Source of the DNA: Candidatus Hydrogenedentota bacterium
GTDB lineage: Bacteria; Hydrogenedentota; Hydrogenedentia; Hydrogenedentales; SLHB01
Assembly: GCA_045863335.1 (NCBI GenBank)
Contig: BTVY01000067.1
Coordinates: 1-25,500, forward strand
Length of the DNA stretch: 25,500 nucleotides
Reading direction: 5' to 3'
This document shows, in pieces, positions 7,911 through 15,855 of the stretch; position 1 is the stretch's first letter; every line of letters begins with the position of its first letter. A program made the position numbers and the translations under genes. The notes beneath the pieces are model-generated. The model was not told the DNA's origin, did no database searches, and saw only the letters and a list, made by a program, of their open reading frames with translations.

Positions 7911-9404
7911 GTGCAACGCCGCTACCTAGTTCCTTTCATCGCGGGCATCGTCATCTTCTGGGCCGTCATGACCGGCCTCTTGCTCAAACGCGAGGCCTTC
8001 ATTCCACGCCTGACGCCCGACCGTATGGCGGGAGCAGGCTACTCAGACGTTCCCACCGACACCTGGATGGCGATCAAACTCTCCGACGGGAAGCAAGTAG
8101 GCTACGTCAACGTGCGTACCGAACCGGACACACGCGAAGGCAAACCCGGCACTTCCATCAGTGTTTTGGGCCGGGTCCGTCTTTCGCTCTTCGGCGATCG
8201 CTCGGAAATGATCGCCATGGGCGAGACCTGGGTTTCACAGGCCGAGGGCGTACGGGATTTCACCTTCAATATTCGATCCAGTGGCCATGAAGTGGATGTG
8301 CGCGGCGCGGTGAATGACGGCGTCCTTCGCGCGGAAGTCGCCACGGCGGGGGAGAGTTACCCCATTGAACTTCCCATTGACAACAGCCTGCGACTCACCT
8401 CCGGCATCGGGTTCAACACCGTCAGTTTCCCGGCGTTAGAGCCCGGCGACACCTTCCAGATGGATACGTTCGACCCTATCACGCTCTCCACTTCGCAGGC
8501 GAAGATATCCTGCACCGGCGTGGATACCGTCGAGATCATGGGAGAACAGGTCACCGCGCGAGTCGTTACCATCGACTCATCCGGGATCGCAACCCGCGCC
8601 TGGATTTCCGAGAATGGGGAAGTGCTGCGGGCCGAGACACCGGTCGGTTTTCTCATCGAGCGGGTGCGGCAGGAAGATGCCCTGGGTAACCTCGATACCG
8701 CTGGGAGTGGCGATTCGCTGGGCCAGCTCGCTGCAGTGCGCGCGACCGGTGCGAAGCCGTTCCGAGGCGCCAAACAGATGAGTGTCGTCATGAAAAGCGA
8801 TAAAGGAACGTCCACGATTCCTCAAGACGACACGCAGTCGATCCTCTCTGAGAACCAGCTCTCCATTCAAAAACCGGACTCACCCTTCGTTCCCGAACCG
8901 GCCGCGATCAAATCTGAGGAACGAATAAAATACCTCGCTGGAGATCCGTTTATTCAGGTCGACTCCCCGAGGATACGTGAACATGCGCAACGCATTGTCG
9001 GCGGAGTGGAGGACGATTGGAGCAAAGCCCTGCGCCTCTACGAATGGGTCTACGGGTCAATCGAGAAAGCGCCGGTACTGAGCGTGCCGAGCGCACTCGA
9101 TGTCCTGGAGAAGAAAAAAGGCGACTGCAACGAACACACCGTACTCTACACGGCACTCGCACGCGCTTCCGGAATCCCCACCCGTATTGCCATCGGCGTC
9201 GTCTGGAGTGAAGAGTACGAGGCCTTCTACTATCACGCCTGGCCGGAAGTGTTCATCGGCCGTTGGATATGGATGGACCCCACCCTCGGACAGCCTATTG
9301 CAGACGCCACCCACATCAAACTGCTCACCGGAGGTATCGAGAATTGGTGGCAGTTGGTGCCTTACTTGGGTACCCTGGAGATTCACATCTCCGCCATAGA
9401 GTAA
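7911..9404 (+). CDS. membrane-anchored transglutaminase-like (cysteine protease fold) protein
   Basis: N-terminal TM helix and a beta-rich middle region. The C-terminal core has an intact Cys-His-Asp triad: GDCNEH, YHAWPEV, WMDPT. Confidence 0.88.
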   Translation: MQRRYLVPFIAGIVIFWAVMTGLLLKREAFIPRLTPDRMAGAGYSDVPTDTWMAIKLSDGKQVGYVNVRTEPDTREGKPGTSISVLGRVRLSLFGDRSEMIAMGETWVSQAEGVRDFTFNIRSSGHEVDVRGAVNDGVLRAEVATAGESYPIELPIDNSLRLTSGIGFNTVSFPALEPGDTFQMDTFDPITLSTSQAKISCTGVDTVEIMGEQVTARVVTIDSSGIATRAWISENGEVLRAETPVGFLIERVRQEDALGNLDTAGSGDSLGQLAAVRATGAKPFRGAKQMSVVMKSDKGTSTIPQDDTQSILSENQLSIQKPDSPFVPEPAAIKSEERIKYLAGDPFIQVDSPRIREHAQRIVGGVEDDWSKALRLYEWVYGSIEKAPVLSVPSALDVLEKKKGDCNEHTVLYTALARASGIPTRIAIGVVWSEEYEAFYYHAWPEVFIGRWIWMDPTLGQPIADATHIKLLTGGIENWWQLVPYLGTLEIHISAIE

Positions 9405-9472
9405 TTTATCGATTACTCTTAGTCCGGCAACCCTCCCTGAAACGAGGAACAATGTGATTCGTCCTCTTAAAG

Positions 9473-9513
9473 TGTATCGTTTTGTGGCAGTTTCACAGTC
9501 CAAAAAATGGAGA
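9473..9513. promoter_or_regulatory. putative enhancer pair (bEBP binding sites) for sigma-54 promoter 1
   Basis: 17-bp sites TGTATCGTTTTGTGGCA (9473-9489) and AGTCCAAAAAATGGAGA (9497-9513), starting 149 and 125 bp upstream of the -24 GG. Offsets are identical to module 2. Confidence 0.5.
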
Positions 9514-9620
9514 TTGGGACACTTTGCGTCGATAGTCTGGTGCCGAAAACTACCAGCGACAGAATTTTAAGGTATTGCTGACAGTGCAGTTGTGAGGGTG
9601 GACTCGTCCCTTGGAGAAAA

Positions 9621-9636
9621 TGGCATCCGGTTTGCA
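9621..9636 (+). promoter_or_regulatory. sigma-54 (-24/-12) promoter 1
   Basis: TGGCATCCGGTTTGCA fits TGGCAY-N5-TTGCW with exact GG-N10-GC spacing, intergenic and upstream of ORF 9696. Confidence 0.75.
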
Positions 9637-9695
9637 TATTATCCGGTACCAGTAGCGAGACGTTCGCCAAAGGAATCTGGTCGAAGGGACGTGCC

Positions 9696-10643
9696 ATGGG
9701 ACGCAAAGTTAAGAGAGAGCATGGCTTGAGTACAAGCCTTGGAGACGGCACGAGAAATCTCGAAAATGCCTCCATGAGAACGAGTCCAGAATCTGGACCG
9801 GTTCGCAATCGGTCTGTACGGCAGGCTTCGAGAGAACACCGGTTCTATCTCCATCCCTACAAGGAGTTGCCTCAATGGTCCGCAAGTATGGATGTGGGCC
9901 AGGAACTCCTTCTGCCGATCTTCATACTAATCTTGCTGGTTCTGGTGCTCGTTGCAAGCGCCGGGGAAACCATCATCGGGCGCGATCTCTCCAGAACTTT
10001 GGCGTCCTTCTCAATCCAGGCGGAAATGCGCTTGACCACGGAACGCCAACCCAACGCACCGGATGGTCGAGTCTTTTCGGATTCCTCGGCCTCGTGCGAT
10101 TCCGTTGGGGAGCTATTCACCGGTGAAAGCCGTAAACTGACCGGGCCCGAAATGCAGGCGATTTACACTGCAATCGACGCGGTTCGTGAACTCGGCGAGT
10201 ATCGCGAGCTGGGGGACCTCCTTATGGCGAACTCTCATCGTATCCGGGTGGCAGAAATGGCGGAGCACGTCCGCGGAAGTACGCCATTCTTTACTCAAGG
10301 TGGTTTCATTCTGAACACGCGTCTGGTTCTGCGAGTTGTGGAATCACCTACCTCTCCGACGGCCGTGGCCGAATTGGCGAGTACACTTGCCCATGAGTGC
10401 ATTCACACGCAACAACTGGGTGCCGGCAAGAACCCGCTCTTCCAGTCGTTTCACCAGTTTACCTATGGAACGGTCTACGCAATTAGCCTGCCTATGGAAT
10501 GGAGCGGTCTCGGGCCGCGTGATCAGAACGGCCAAGGCCATGGCTTCTTCGAAATTCGTCCGTGGAGAGTTGCCATTGACGTCGAGAACGCTGTCTTTAA
10601 CGCTATGCAGCGCGCGTTGATCGACGGAACGAAGTGGAACTGA
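9696..10643 (+). CDS. membrane-anchored HExxH zinc-metalloprotease-like hypothetical protein (start uncertain)
   Basis: Hydrophobic helix LLLPIFILILLVLVLVASA; zincin motif TLAHECIHTQQ; downstream Glu in FFEIRPW. Possible starts are 9696 (AAGGGA upstream), 9888, or 9875 with a frameshift (see findings). Confidence 0.65.
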   Translation: MGRKVKREHGLSTSLGDGTRNLENASMRTSPESGPVRNRSVRQASREHRFYLHPYKELPQWSASMDVGQELLLPIFILILLVLVLVASAGETIIGRDLSRTLASFSIQAEMRLTTERQPNAPDGRVFSDSSASCDSVGELFTGESRKLTGPEMQAIYTAIDAVRELGEYRELGDLLMANSHRIRVAEMAEHVRGSTPFFTQGGFILNTRLVLRVVESPTSPTAVAELASTLAHECIHTQQLGAGKNPLFQSFHQFTYGTVYAISLPMEWSGLGPRDQNGQGHGFFEIRPWRVAIDVENAVFNAMQRALIDGTKWN

Positions 10644-10765
10644 CACAAGAGATTGCCCACAAGAGGCGCCCTGATGCTCTCGGTGCAGCGCCCGATGTTC
10701 ATTGGTAACCGAGACGAGCGGGACCTCGCAACTGATTCCTTCCCGATTATCGCCCCAGACTCAAC

Positions 10766-10806
10766 TGTAACAAATCATTACAGAACGCCTGTCCAGGATT
10801 TGGACG
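10766..10806. promoter_or_regulatory. putative enhancer pair (bEBP binding sites) for sigma-54 promoter 2
   Basis: Palindromic 17-bp sites TGTAACAAATCATTACA (10766-10782) and TGTCCAGGATTTGGACG (10790-10806), starting 149 and 125 bp upstream of the -24 GG. An AT-rich tract (about 10860-10895) sits where a DNA-bending site would be expected. Confidence 0.6.
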
Positions 10807-10913
10807 ACAATGGGCATGTATGACTGAGTGGATCGACATCACACACCAGAGCTATTCCCATAAGCTGCTAAGAATAAATATCTTACCAATTTCAACACGT
10901 GATGCCCTTCAGT

Positions 10914-10929
10914 TGGCACCGTGATTGCT
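10914..10929 (+). promoter_or_regulatory. sigma-54 (-24/-12) promoter 2
   Basis: TGGCACCGTGATTGCT, a near-consensus TGGCAC-N5-TTGCW in a long intergenic stretch. Confidence 0.8.
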
Positions 10930-11132
10930 CTTTCCAACTAAGACGACCGTAACACCGCGGACCGGACGGGGGAATGCGCTCCCGAGAAAACGGTCTAATG
11001 CATTTGAACTAAATGAGTTGAACGTCCCCTGATAGCACTCGGAGAATCTGACCGCTGCGCCGGTGCAGTACCGCGTCCAGAAATGGGACAGGATACCGAG
11101 CCGGAGGGGGATAAAGCCTGGAGCAAAACGTG

Positions 11133-11267
11133 ATGACCACTGAACCAAGCATGGCCACGGTCCGGTGCCGACGGAAGTACGACCTGTCAGGCCTGTGGTG
11201 GTTGCCAGTTGGAATCGCCATTCTGGCCATCGCCCTAATGCTCTACCCGGGCATTGTCCGCACCTGA
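11133..11267 (+). CDS. small single-pass membrane protein, 44 aa (not in the ORF track)
   Basis: Manual translation: MTTEPSMATVRCRRKYDLSGLWWLPVGIAILAIALMLYPGIVRT*. GGAG at 11120-11123; alternative GTG at 11130. A basic patch precedes one hydrophobic helix. It lies downstream of sigma-54 promoter 2. Confidence 0.6.
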   Translation: MTTEPSMATVRCRRKYDLSGLWWLPVGIAILAIALMLYPGIVRT

Positions 11268-11572
11268 ATTTGGTAGCAAATCCAGAAAACTGAGGGAGAA
11301 TTACCCATCGCAGACGAATTCTGGCTGCCCTCACATATCTTCTTGGCGTCCGTGTCGGGTCGATTTCCGATGAGTGCGTCCGGGGTCAACAGCCCGGCGT
11401 GTCCTTTGGAAACTCCGTCGTATCCCACACCACTTGCCCAGATCTACATGATCGTTGTGATCTCCCAGATCACCGTTCCGGCACGGACGCCCTTTCCAAC
11501 CACTCCGCATTCCTCCCCGCGTATCGAGACTCTGCGGAAGCACAGGATGCTATCGGCCGGCGCGAACCCGTT

Positions 11573-13795
11573 CTATTCCGTGACACGGTAAATCACCGTG
11601 GTGTTCGCCGGCAGATCGTCGCGCCAAACCTGTGCGTCGGTCACGATAGGCACGGGACTGTACGGAATGAGGCGTTCAACCGATTTAACTGGTTCGGGCC
11701 AACGGAACCGCTCCGTAATCGCTTCGCTCGTATGCACCACAAGGTACGACCCCACAACGCCGGTCATCCCCGGCGACTCGCGGTAAAAGTGAACCCCGGA
11801 ATTTCGGCAGATCCAGCGTAATAGTCCCACCGGAAGCCGGGGCACGGCCGTATATACACTGGCTCCGCCTCCCATGGGTCTGGCTGCGGCGGCGGCTTCT
11901 TCCGCGCCTTCATATCTTGCCAGAATCTGCATGCTCCCCGACTCCTCGATGCGCAGGCGCGGCTGCCAATCGTGCTCAAACTGAACGCGTTCGTCAGTCA
12001 CCGTGCTAAAGATGGCGAAGGGTCCACTTCGTTCCATGGTTCTCGTTTCAATCCCCGTGAGCGCTTCGACGCGCGACAGATCCAAATCCCGCGCATCGGC
12101 CACTCCGGGCGCAAAGGTCCAGATAACGGTCCCGCCCCGACGGAGGATGGGACGGAGCGCGCGGTTCGCGTTGTCATCAATCGTGCAAGGGTTCGCGAGT
12201 ATGACGACCTTCACCGACGCGGGAAGCTTCGCCAAATCGCTCTGGAGATAGTAGCCTACCGTCGTTCCCAGCCGGGCTATTTCGTGGCGCCAGTTCCCGA
12301 TCGCCTGAAGCAAATAGGGGCGCGTGTTCGACGCGAGCGCGTGTACGCTTTCCTCGTCGACGACGAATGCGACCTCGGGTTCGTACATCGGTTCGTCACG
12401 CGCCGTGGCGGCCATCCGCCGGAGCAATGGCGCAGTCTTCCAGAATTCTTCATCGTGCCAACGGCCATCGGACAGCAGATCGAAGTACCAAAAACCGGCT
12501 TTGTGCGTCAGGAAGTTCGCGTAATTCCGCCGGTTTAATGACAAGGTCTCATCCAGGGTTCGCGTCCGAACGTGGACACCCGGCGCGGTAATCCCAGGCG
12601 GCGGATCCGAGGCGAGATGGGTATAGGAGTCCTCCTCCAATACCGCCAACTTGCCGTGCAACGCGATGGAGTCGAGTGGGAGATGGAAGTGCCCGGGTTG
12701 CCCCAGGCCGCGCTCGAAGTACGCGTACGGCGCGTGAATCATGTCCACGTCAGGACACGCCAACAGGCGCCCCAGAGACAGGTGTCCCGATTGCGCCAGC
12801 ACTTGCGGACCATTGTGATTCAATTCGAACGTGTACCCGTAGAACGCGCCAACCAGCGACCGCCCGTTCGTTGCATCCTTCACGACCCGTGCAAAATGGG
12901 CGATCGTATCTGCCACCAAGTCGCTTTGAAATCGCTGCGCATCGGCCGCCGCCCGATGGTCTACGGGATGGCGGAAGGGTCCCAGGTCCGTGGCTTCCAT
13001 CACCGCCGGTTTCGGGATTTCCGCGGACTCAAACGTAATGCCCGGGTTACCCCAGGCGTCCTGCAACCGCTTCTCGCTCCGGTAGTGTGCCGTTAGCCAG
13101 GCGCGGAACGCCGTCTGGTTCGCGTCGGAATAGTCCAGAGACTCGTTGGCGTGGTAGTAGAACCATTCGCCGGTCTGCATATTCGCGGGGTGTACGCCAA
13201 TAAACCGGCTCCCGTGGGGACCCTCCATGATCTCCTTGATGCGATCCCTCAAAAGGCGTTCCGCCTCGTCGCGCCACACCGTACTCGCAGGCGACGACCA
13301 AGGCACGCGCGTTCCGTCGTGCAAAACGATGGCCGCCTCCGGGTGCTTCTCCAGCCACTGCGGGGTCCCGCCGACCCAGATCCGGACGTAGTAGTAGGCG
13401 TTGGGATTTGCGGAGCAGAACATGTCGATGGTGTCCAGGATTCCCTGCCCCATACCAGCCCAATCAAGCGGGATGTTGAACGAGATCAGGTCGATTCCTG
13501 CACTACCGGCTTGCTTGATTTCCGAAACCAGAACATCGTCCCGGTCGAACTGGTTGTTCACCGCAAAGAAGATGGGGGAGAACACGGTGTCGCCGATGAG
13601 AATCGCAGGTCCGCCTTCCGCACCCGATACCACGCGGCACTGGGGAACATCGCCAATCGCGGTGTGACTCAACGGCGCGACGAATAAGCAAGCCACGATC
13701 ACGAAGTGCCACGCGAACCTGCTGCGGTTCCGGAACGCGATCGGTCCCGGCTGTTGTCGTTTTATCGTGTGATCGAAGCTGAATTGAAACATCAC
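11573..13795 (-). CDS. secreted clan GH-A / GH42-like glycoside hydrolase with C-terminal trimerisation (class I GATase-like) domain
   Basis: 740 aa with a signal-like hydrophobic segment. Motifs SSPASTVWR, TGEWFY, DYSDANQTAFRAWL...LQDAWG, VGAFYGY, LEEDSYTH, VAFVVDEES and GGTVIW. Exact start uncertain. Confidence 0.7.
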   Translation of the reverse strand: MMFQFSFDHTIKRQQPGPIAFRNRSRFAWHFVIVACLFVAPLSHTAIGDVPQCRVVSGAEGGPAILIGDTVFSPIFFAVNNQFDRDDVLVSEIKQAGSAGIDLISFNIPLDWAGMGQGILDTIDMFCSANPNAYYYVRIWVGGTPQWLEKHPEAAIVLHDGTRVPWSSPASTVWRDEAERLLRDRIKEIMEGPHGSRFIGVHPANMQTGEWFYYHANESLDYSDANQTAFRAWLTAHYRSEKRLQDAWGNPGITFESAEIPKPAVMEATDLGPFRHPVDHRAAADAQRFQSDLVADTIAHFARVVKDATNGRSLVGAFYGYTFELNHNGPQVLAQSGHLSLGRLLACPDVDMIHAPYAYFERGLGQPGHFHLPLDSIALHGKLAVLEEDSYTHLASDPPPGITAPGVHVRTRTLDETLSLNRRNYANFLTHKAGFWYFDLLSDGRWHDEEFWKTAPLLRRMAATARDEPMYEPEVAFVVDEESVHALASNTRPYLLQAIGNWRHEIARLGTTVGYYLQSDLAKLPASVKVVILANPCTIDDNANRALRPILRRGGTVIWTFAPGVADARDLDLSRVEALTGIETRTMERSGPFAIFSTVTDERVQFEHDWQPRLRIEESGSMQILARYEGAEEAAAAARPMGGGASVYTAVPRLPVGLLRWICRNSGVHFYRESPGMTGVVGSYLVVHTSEAITERFRWPEPVKSVERLIPYSPVPIVTDAQVWRDDLPANTTVIYRVTE

Positions 13796-13899
13796 CGACC
13801 GTCGCTTCCTCAGGAAATGTGCCCGACATACGCTCGCACGAGTTTACCGGAGGCGGAAGCGGGAAGGAAGAAGCCCATGCGCAAGTGGATGCGCGCGGC

Positions 13900-14895
13900 T
13901 CAAGAGCCTCGGATCAAGACGAACTCGGCCAAGCCGTGCATGGTGTCACGATAAATGCTGGGTGGCAGGGCGGCCAACGCAGCCCGTGCCTCGTCCACAT
14001 ATTCGCGCGCCAGGGCCTCGGTACGTTCGCGGGCGCCGGTCGTTTCCACCATCTCCGCGACCCACAATTGGTCTTCGGCCGATAGCGGCGTTCCGCGCAA
14101 CCCATCCAAGCGCGCGCCCCCCGCAGCGTCCAGCGCTTCACGCATGAACAAGATCGGGAGCGTCCGCTTGCCCTCGACGATATCCCCAAACGCGGGTTTC
14201 CCCAGCGTCTCGCGATCCTGAGAAAGATCCAGCACGTCGTCTACCAACTGAAACGCGATACCGATCGCCATCCCAAAGTCGTAGAGCGCGTCGCGCGGGG
14301 AATCAGGGACCAGACAACATGGCGTGCTGCACGTTACCGCGAAAAGACTCGCCGTCTTCTGCCGCGCGAGGCTGATGCAGGCTTCTTTCGAATGGTGATC
14401 GCGGCCCAGACCGAAATTCACCAACTCGCCCTCGGCCATTTGCCGCACGGAATCAATGGCGCTGGTAATTACCGCACACGAATCATAACAACTCATGATC
14501 GAAATCGCCCGCGCCACCAGGTAGTCGCCTCCCAACACGGCGGTGTGATTGTCCCACAGCGCGTTGAGCGACTGGACGCCGCGCCGAAAGTCGGAACCGT
14601 CAATGACGTCGTCGTGTGCGAGGGCGGCCAGGTGCAACAGCTCCATCGCAGTGGCCAGCGGCACGAAGTGCGCGGTGTCCTTTGCTCCGCTTGCCCTCGC
14701 GGACAACAGGCACAGGGCCGGACGCAACATTTTTCCGCCGGAGGGCGGCTCTGGAAGGCTCGCGCCGTGCACCAGACGCAAGGCATCCGTCCACAGGCCG
14801 GCAACGGCGCTGCGCACGGAGTCCATTTCGTTTTGTATGGGCTTGTATAACTCGCCAAGCGTAAGCGTGGTTTGCATGGGACCGGATTGTAACAT
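13900..14895 (-). CDS. trans-polyprenyl diphosphate synthase (IspB/HepT-like)
   Basis: GGKMLRP, first Asp-rich motif HDDVIDGSDFRRG, AVLGGDYL, KTASLF, second motif FQLVDDVLD, DIVEGKRTLP. Confidence 0.92.
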   Translation of the reverse strand: MLQSGPMQTTLTLGELYKPIQNEMDSVRSAVAGLWTDALRLVHGASLPEPPSGGKMLRPALCLLSARASGAKDTAHFVPLATAMELLHLAALAHDDVIDGSDFRRGVQSLNALWDNHTAVLGGDYLVARAISIMSCYDSCAVITSAIDSVRQMAEGELVNFGLGRDHHSKEACISLARQKTASLFAVTCSTPCCLVPDSPRDALYDFGMAIGIAFQLVDDVLDLSQDRETLGKPAFGDIVEGKRTLPILFMREALDAAGGARLDGLRGTPLSAEDQLWVAEMVETTGARERTEALAREYVDEARAALAALPPSIYRDTMHGLAEFVLIRGS

Positions 14896-15005
14896 AGGTC
14901 TAACGAGTGGTTCGACCTTTGATAGCTGCTTTCTACGCGAGGACTTTGTGATTCAAAGCAATCCCCCACGTACGGTCCTCCCGGCGAACTCCACTGCGGT
15001 TTCCG

Positions 15006-15035
15006 TTGGCGAATCGCGCGAAACCGCGCTACAAT
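15006..15035 (+). promoter_or_regulatory. possible sigma-70 promoter of the ankyrin gene
   Basis: TTGGCG (15006-15011), 18-nt spacer, TACAAT (15030-15035). Confidence 0.35.
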
Positions 15036-15084
15036 AGGGCGAGGGGTACTCGGGTGAATCCCTGTATCCGGAAAGGGACGTGCC

Positions 15085-15576
15085 ATGAACAATGCGATGC
15101 CCCTCTGCATCCACGACGCGGTCATCGCCGGTGATGGCCTACGTGTCCGCGAACTCCTCGAGAACGATCCATCGCTAATCGAAGCGCGCGACGACGACGG
15201 CTTCACACCCCTGCTGCTTGCCGCGGAGTTCGGGTGTCTTGCGATCACACGACTCCTCATTCATCTCGGCGCCGATGTCGATGCCCGCGACCTTTACGGT
15301 GACACGCCCCTGCTTCTCGCGGTGCGGTCCGGCAACAAGCGAATGGTCCGCTTCCTCGTGGCCCACGGCGCGGATGTCAACGCGGGAAACGACCTGGGCT
15401 GGACCGCGCTCCACGAGGCGGCTGACGATGACTACCGGGGCATGGCGCAACTGCTCATCGACCTGGGTGCCGACGCCATGGCCCGCGACCGAAGGGGGAG
15501 AACCCCGCTGGATCTTGCAGGGTTAGACCAGCATTCGAGCGTGGCCAGGTTGCTCCGGCGGCATGAAGGAGCCTGA
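15085..15576 (+). CDS. ankyrin repeat protein (about 4 repeats, no other domain)
   Basis: GFTPLLLAA, GDTPLLLAV, GWTALHEAA and GRTPLDLA at 33-aa spacing, with GADV linkers. Confidence 0.95.
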   Translation: MNNAMPLCIHDAVIAGDGLRVRELLENDPSLIEARDDDGFTPLLLAAEFGCLAITRLLIHLGADVDARDLYGDTPLLLAVRSGNKRMVRFLVAHGADVNAGNDLGWTALHEAADDDYRGMAQLLIDLGADAMARDRRGRTPLDLAGLDQHSSVARLLRRHEGA

Positions 15577-15742
15577 ATCACCGGAAATATATTGAGCGCG
15601 ACCCCGGGCAGGCAGGGTCCCGCTCGACCTCCATGAGGAAACGAGAAGGGCACGCCAACCGCTGTTCGATTGTCTGCCCCAGGTAGACGGGGTGGGTGTC
15701 GAATTCGTCCGTCGCGTTTTTCGACGCTCCGTCGAACGTTCG

Positions 15743-15771
15743 TTGACTAATGGTTCACAACCTCGTATCCT
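15743..15771 (+). promoter_or_regulatory. probable sigma-70 promoter of the YhhN-family gene
   Basis: TTGACT (15743-15748), 17-nt spacer, TATCCT (15766-15771). Confidence 0.5.
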
Positions 15772-15855
15772 AGAGCCCGTGTCAATGCTTTTTTCGGGGG
15801 ACTTCGCACATCCTCCTCCGAGGATGTCTCAACCCAAACCGGAATATTCATTGCA

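Noticed and set aside
10909-11591. Track ORFs in the long intergenic gap (10909-11334 -, 11009-11230 -, 11243-11428 -, 11331-11543 -, 11343-11591 +)
   Set aside because: No convincing RBS, motif or protein-like composition, and several conflict with the sigma-54 promoter and the 44-aa ORF.
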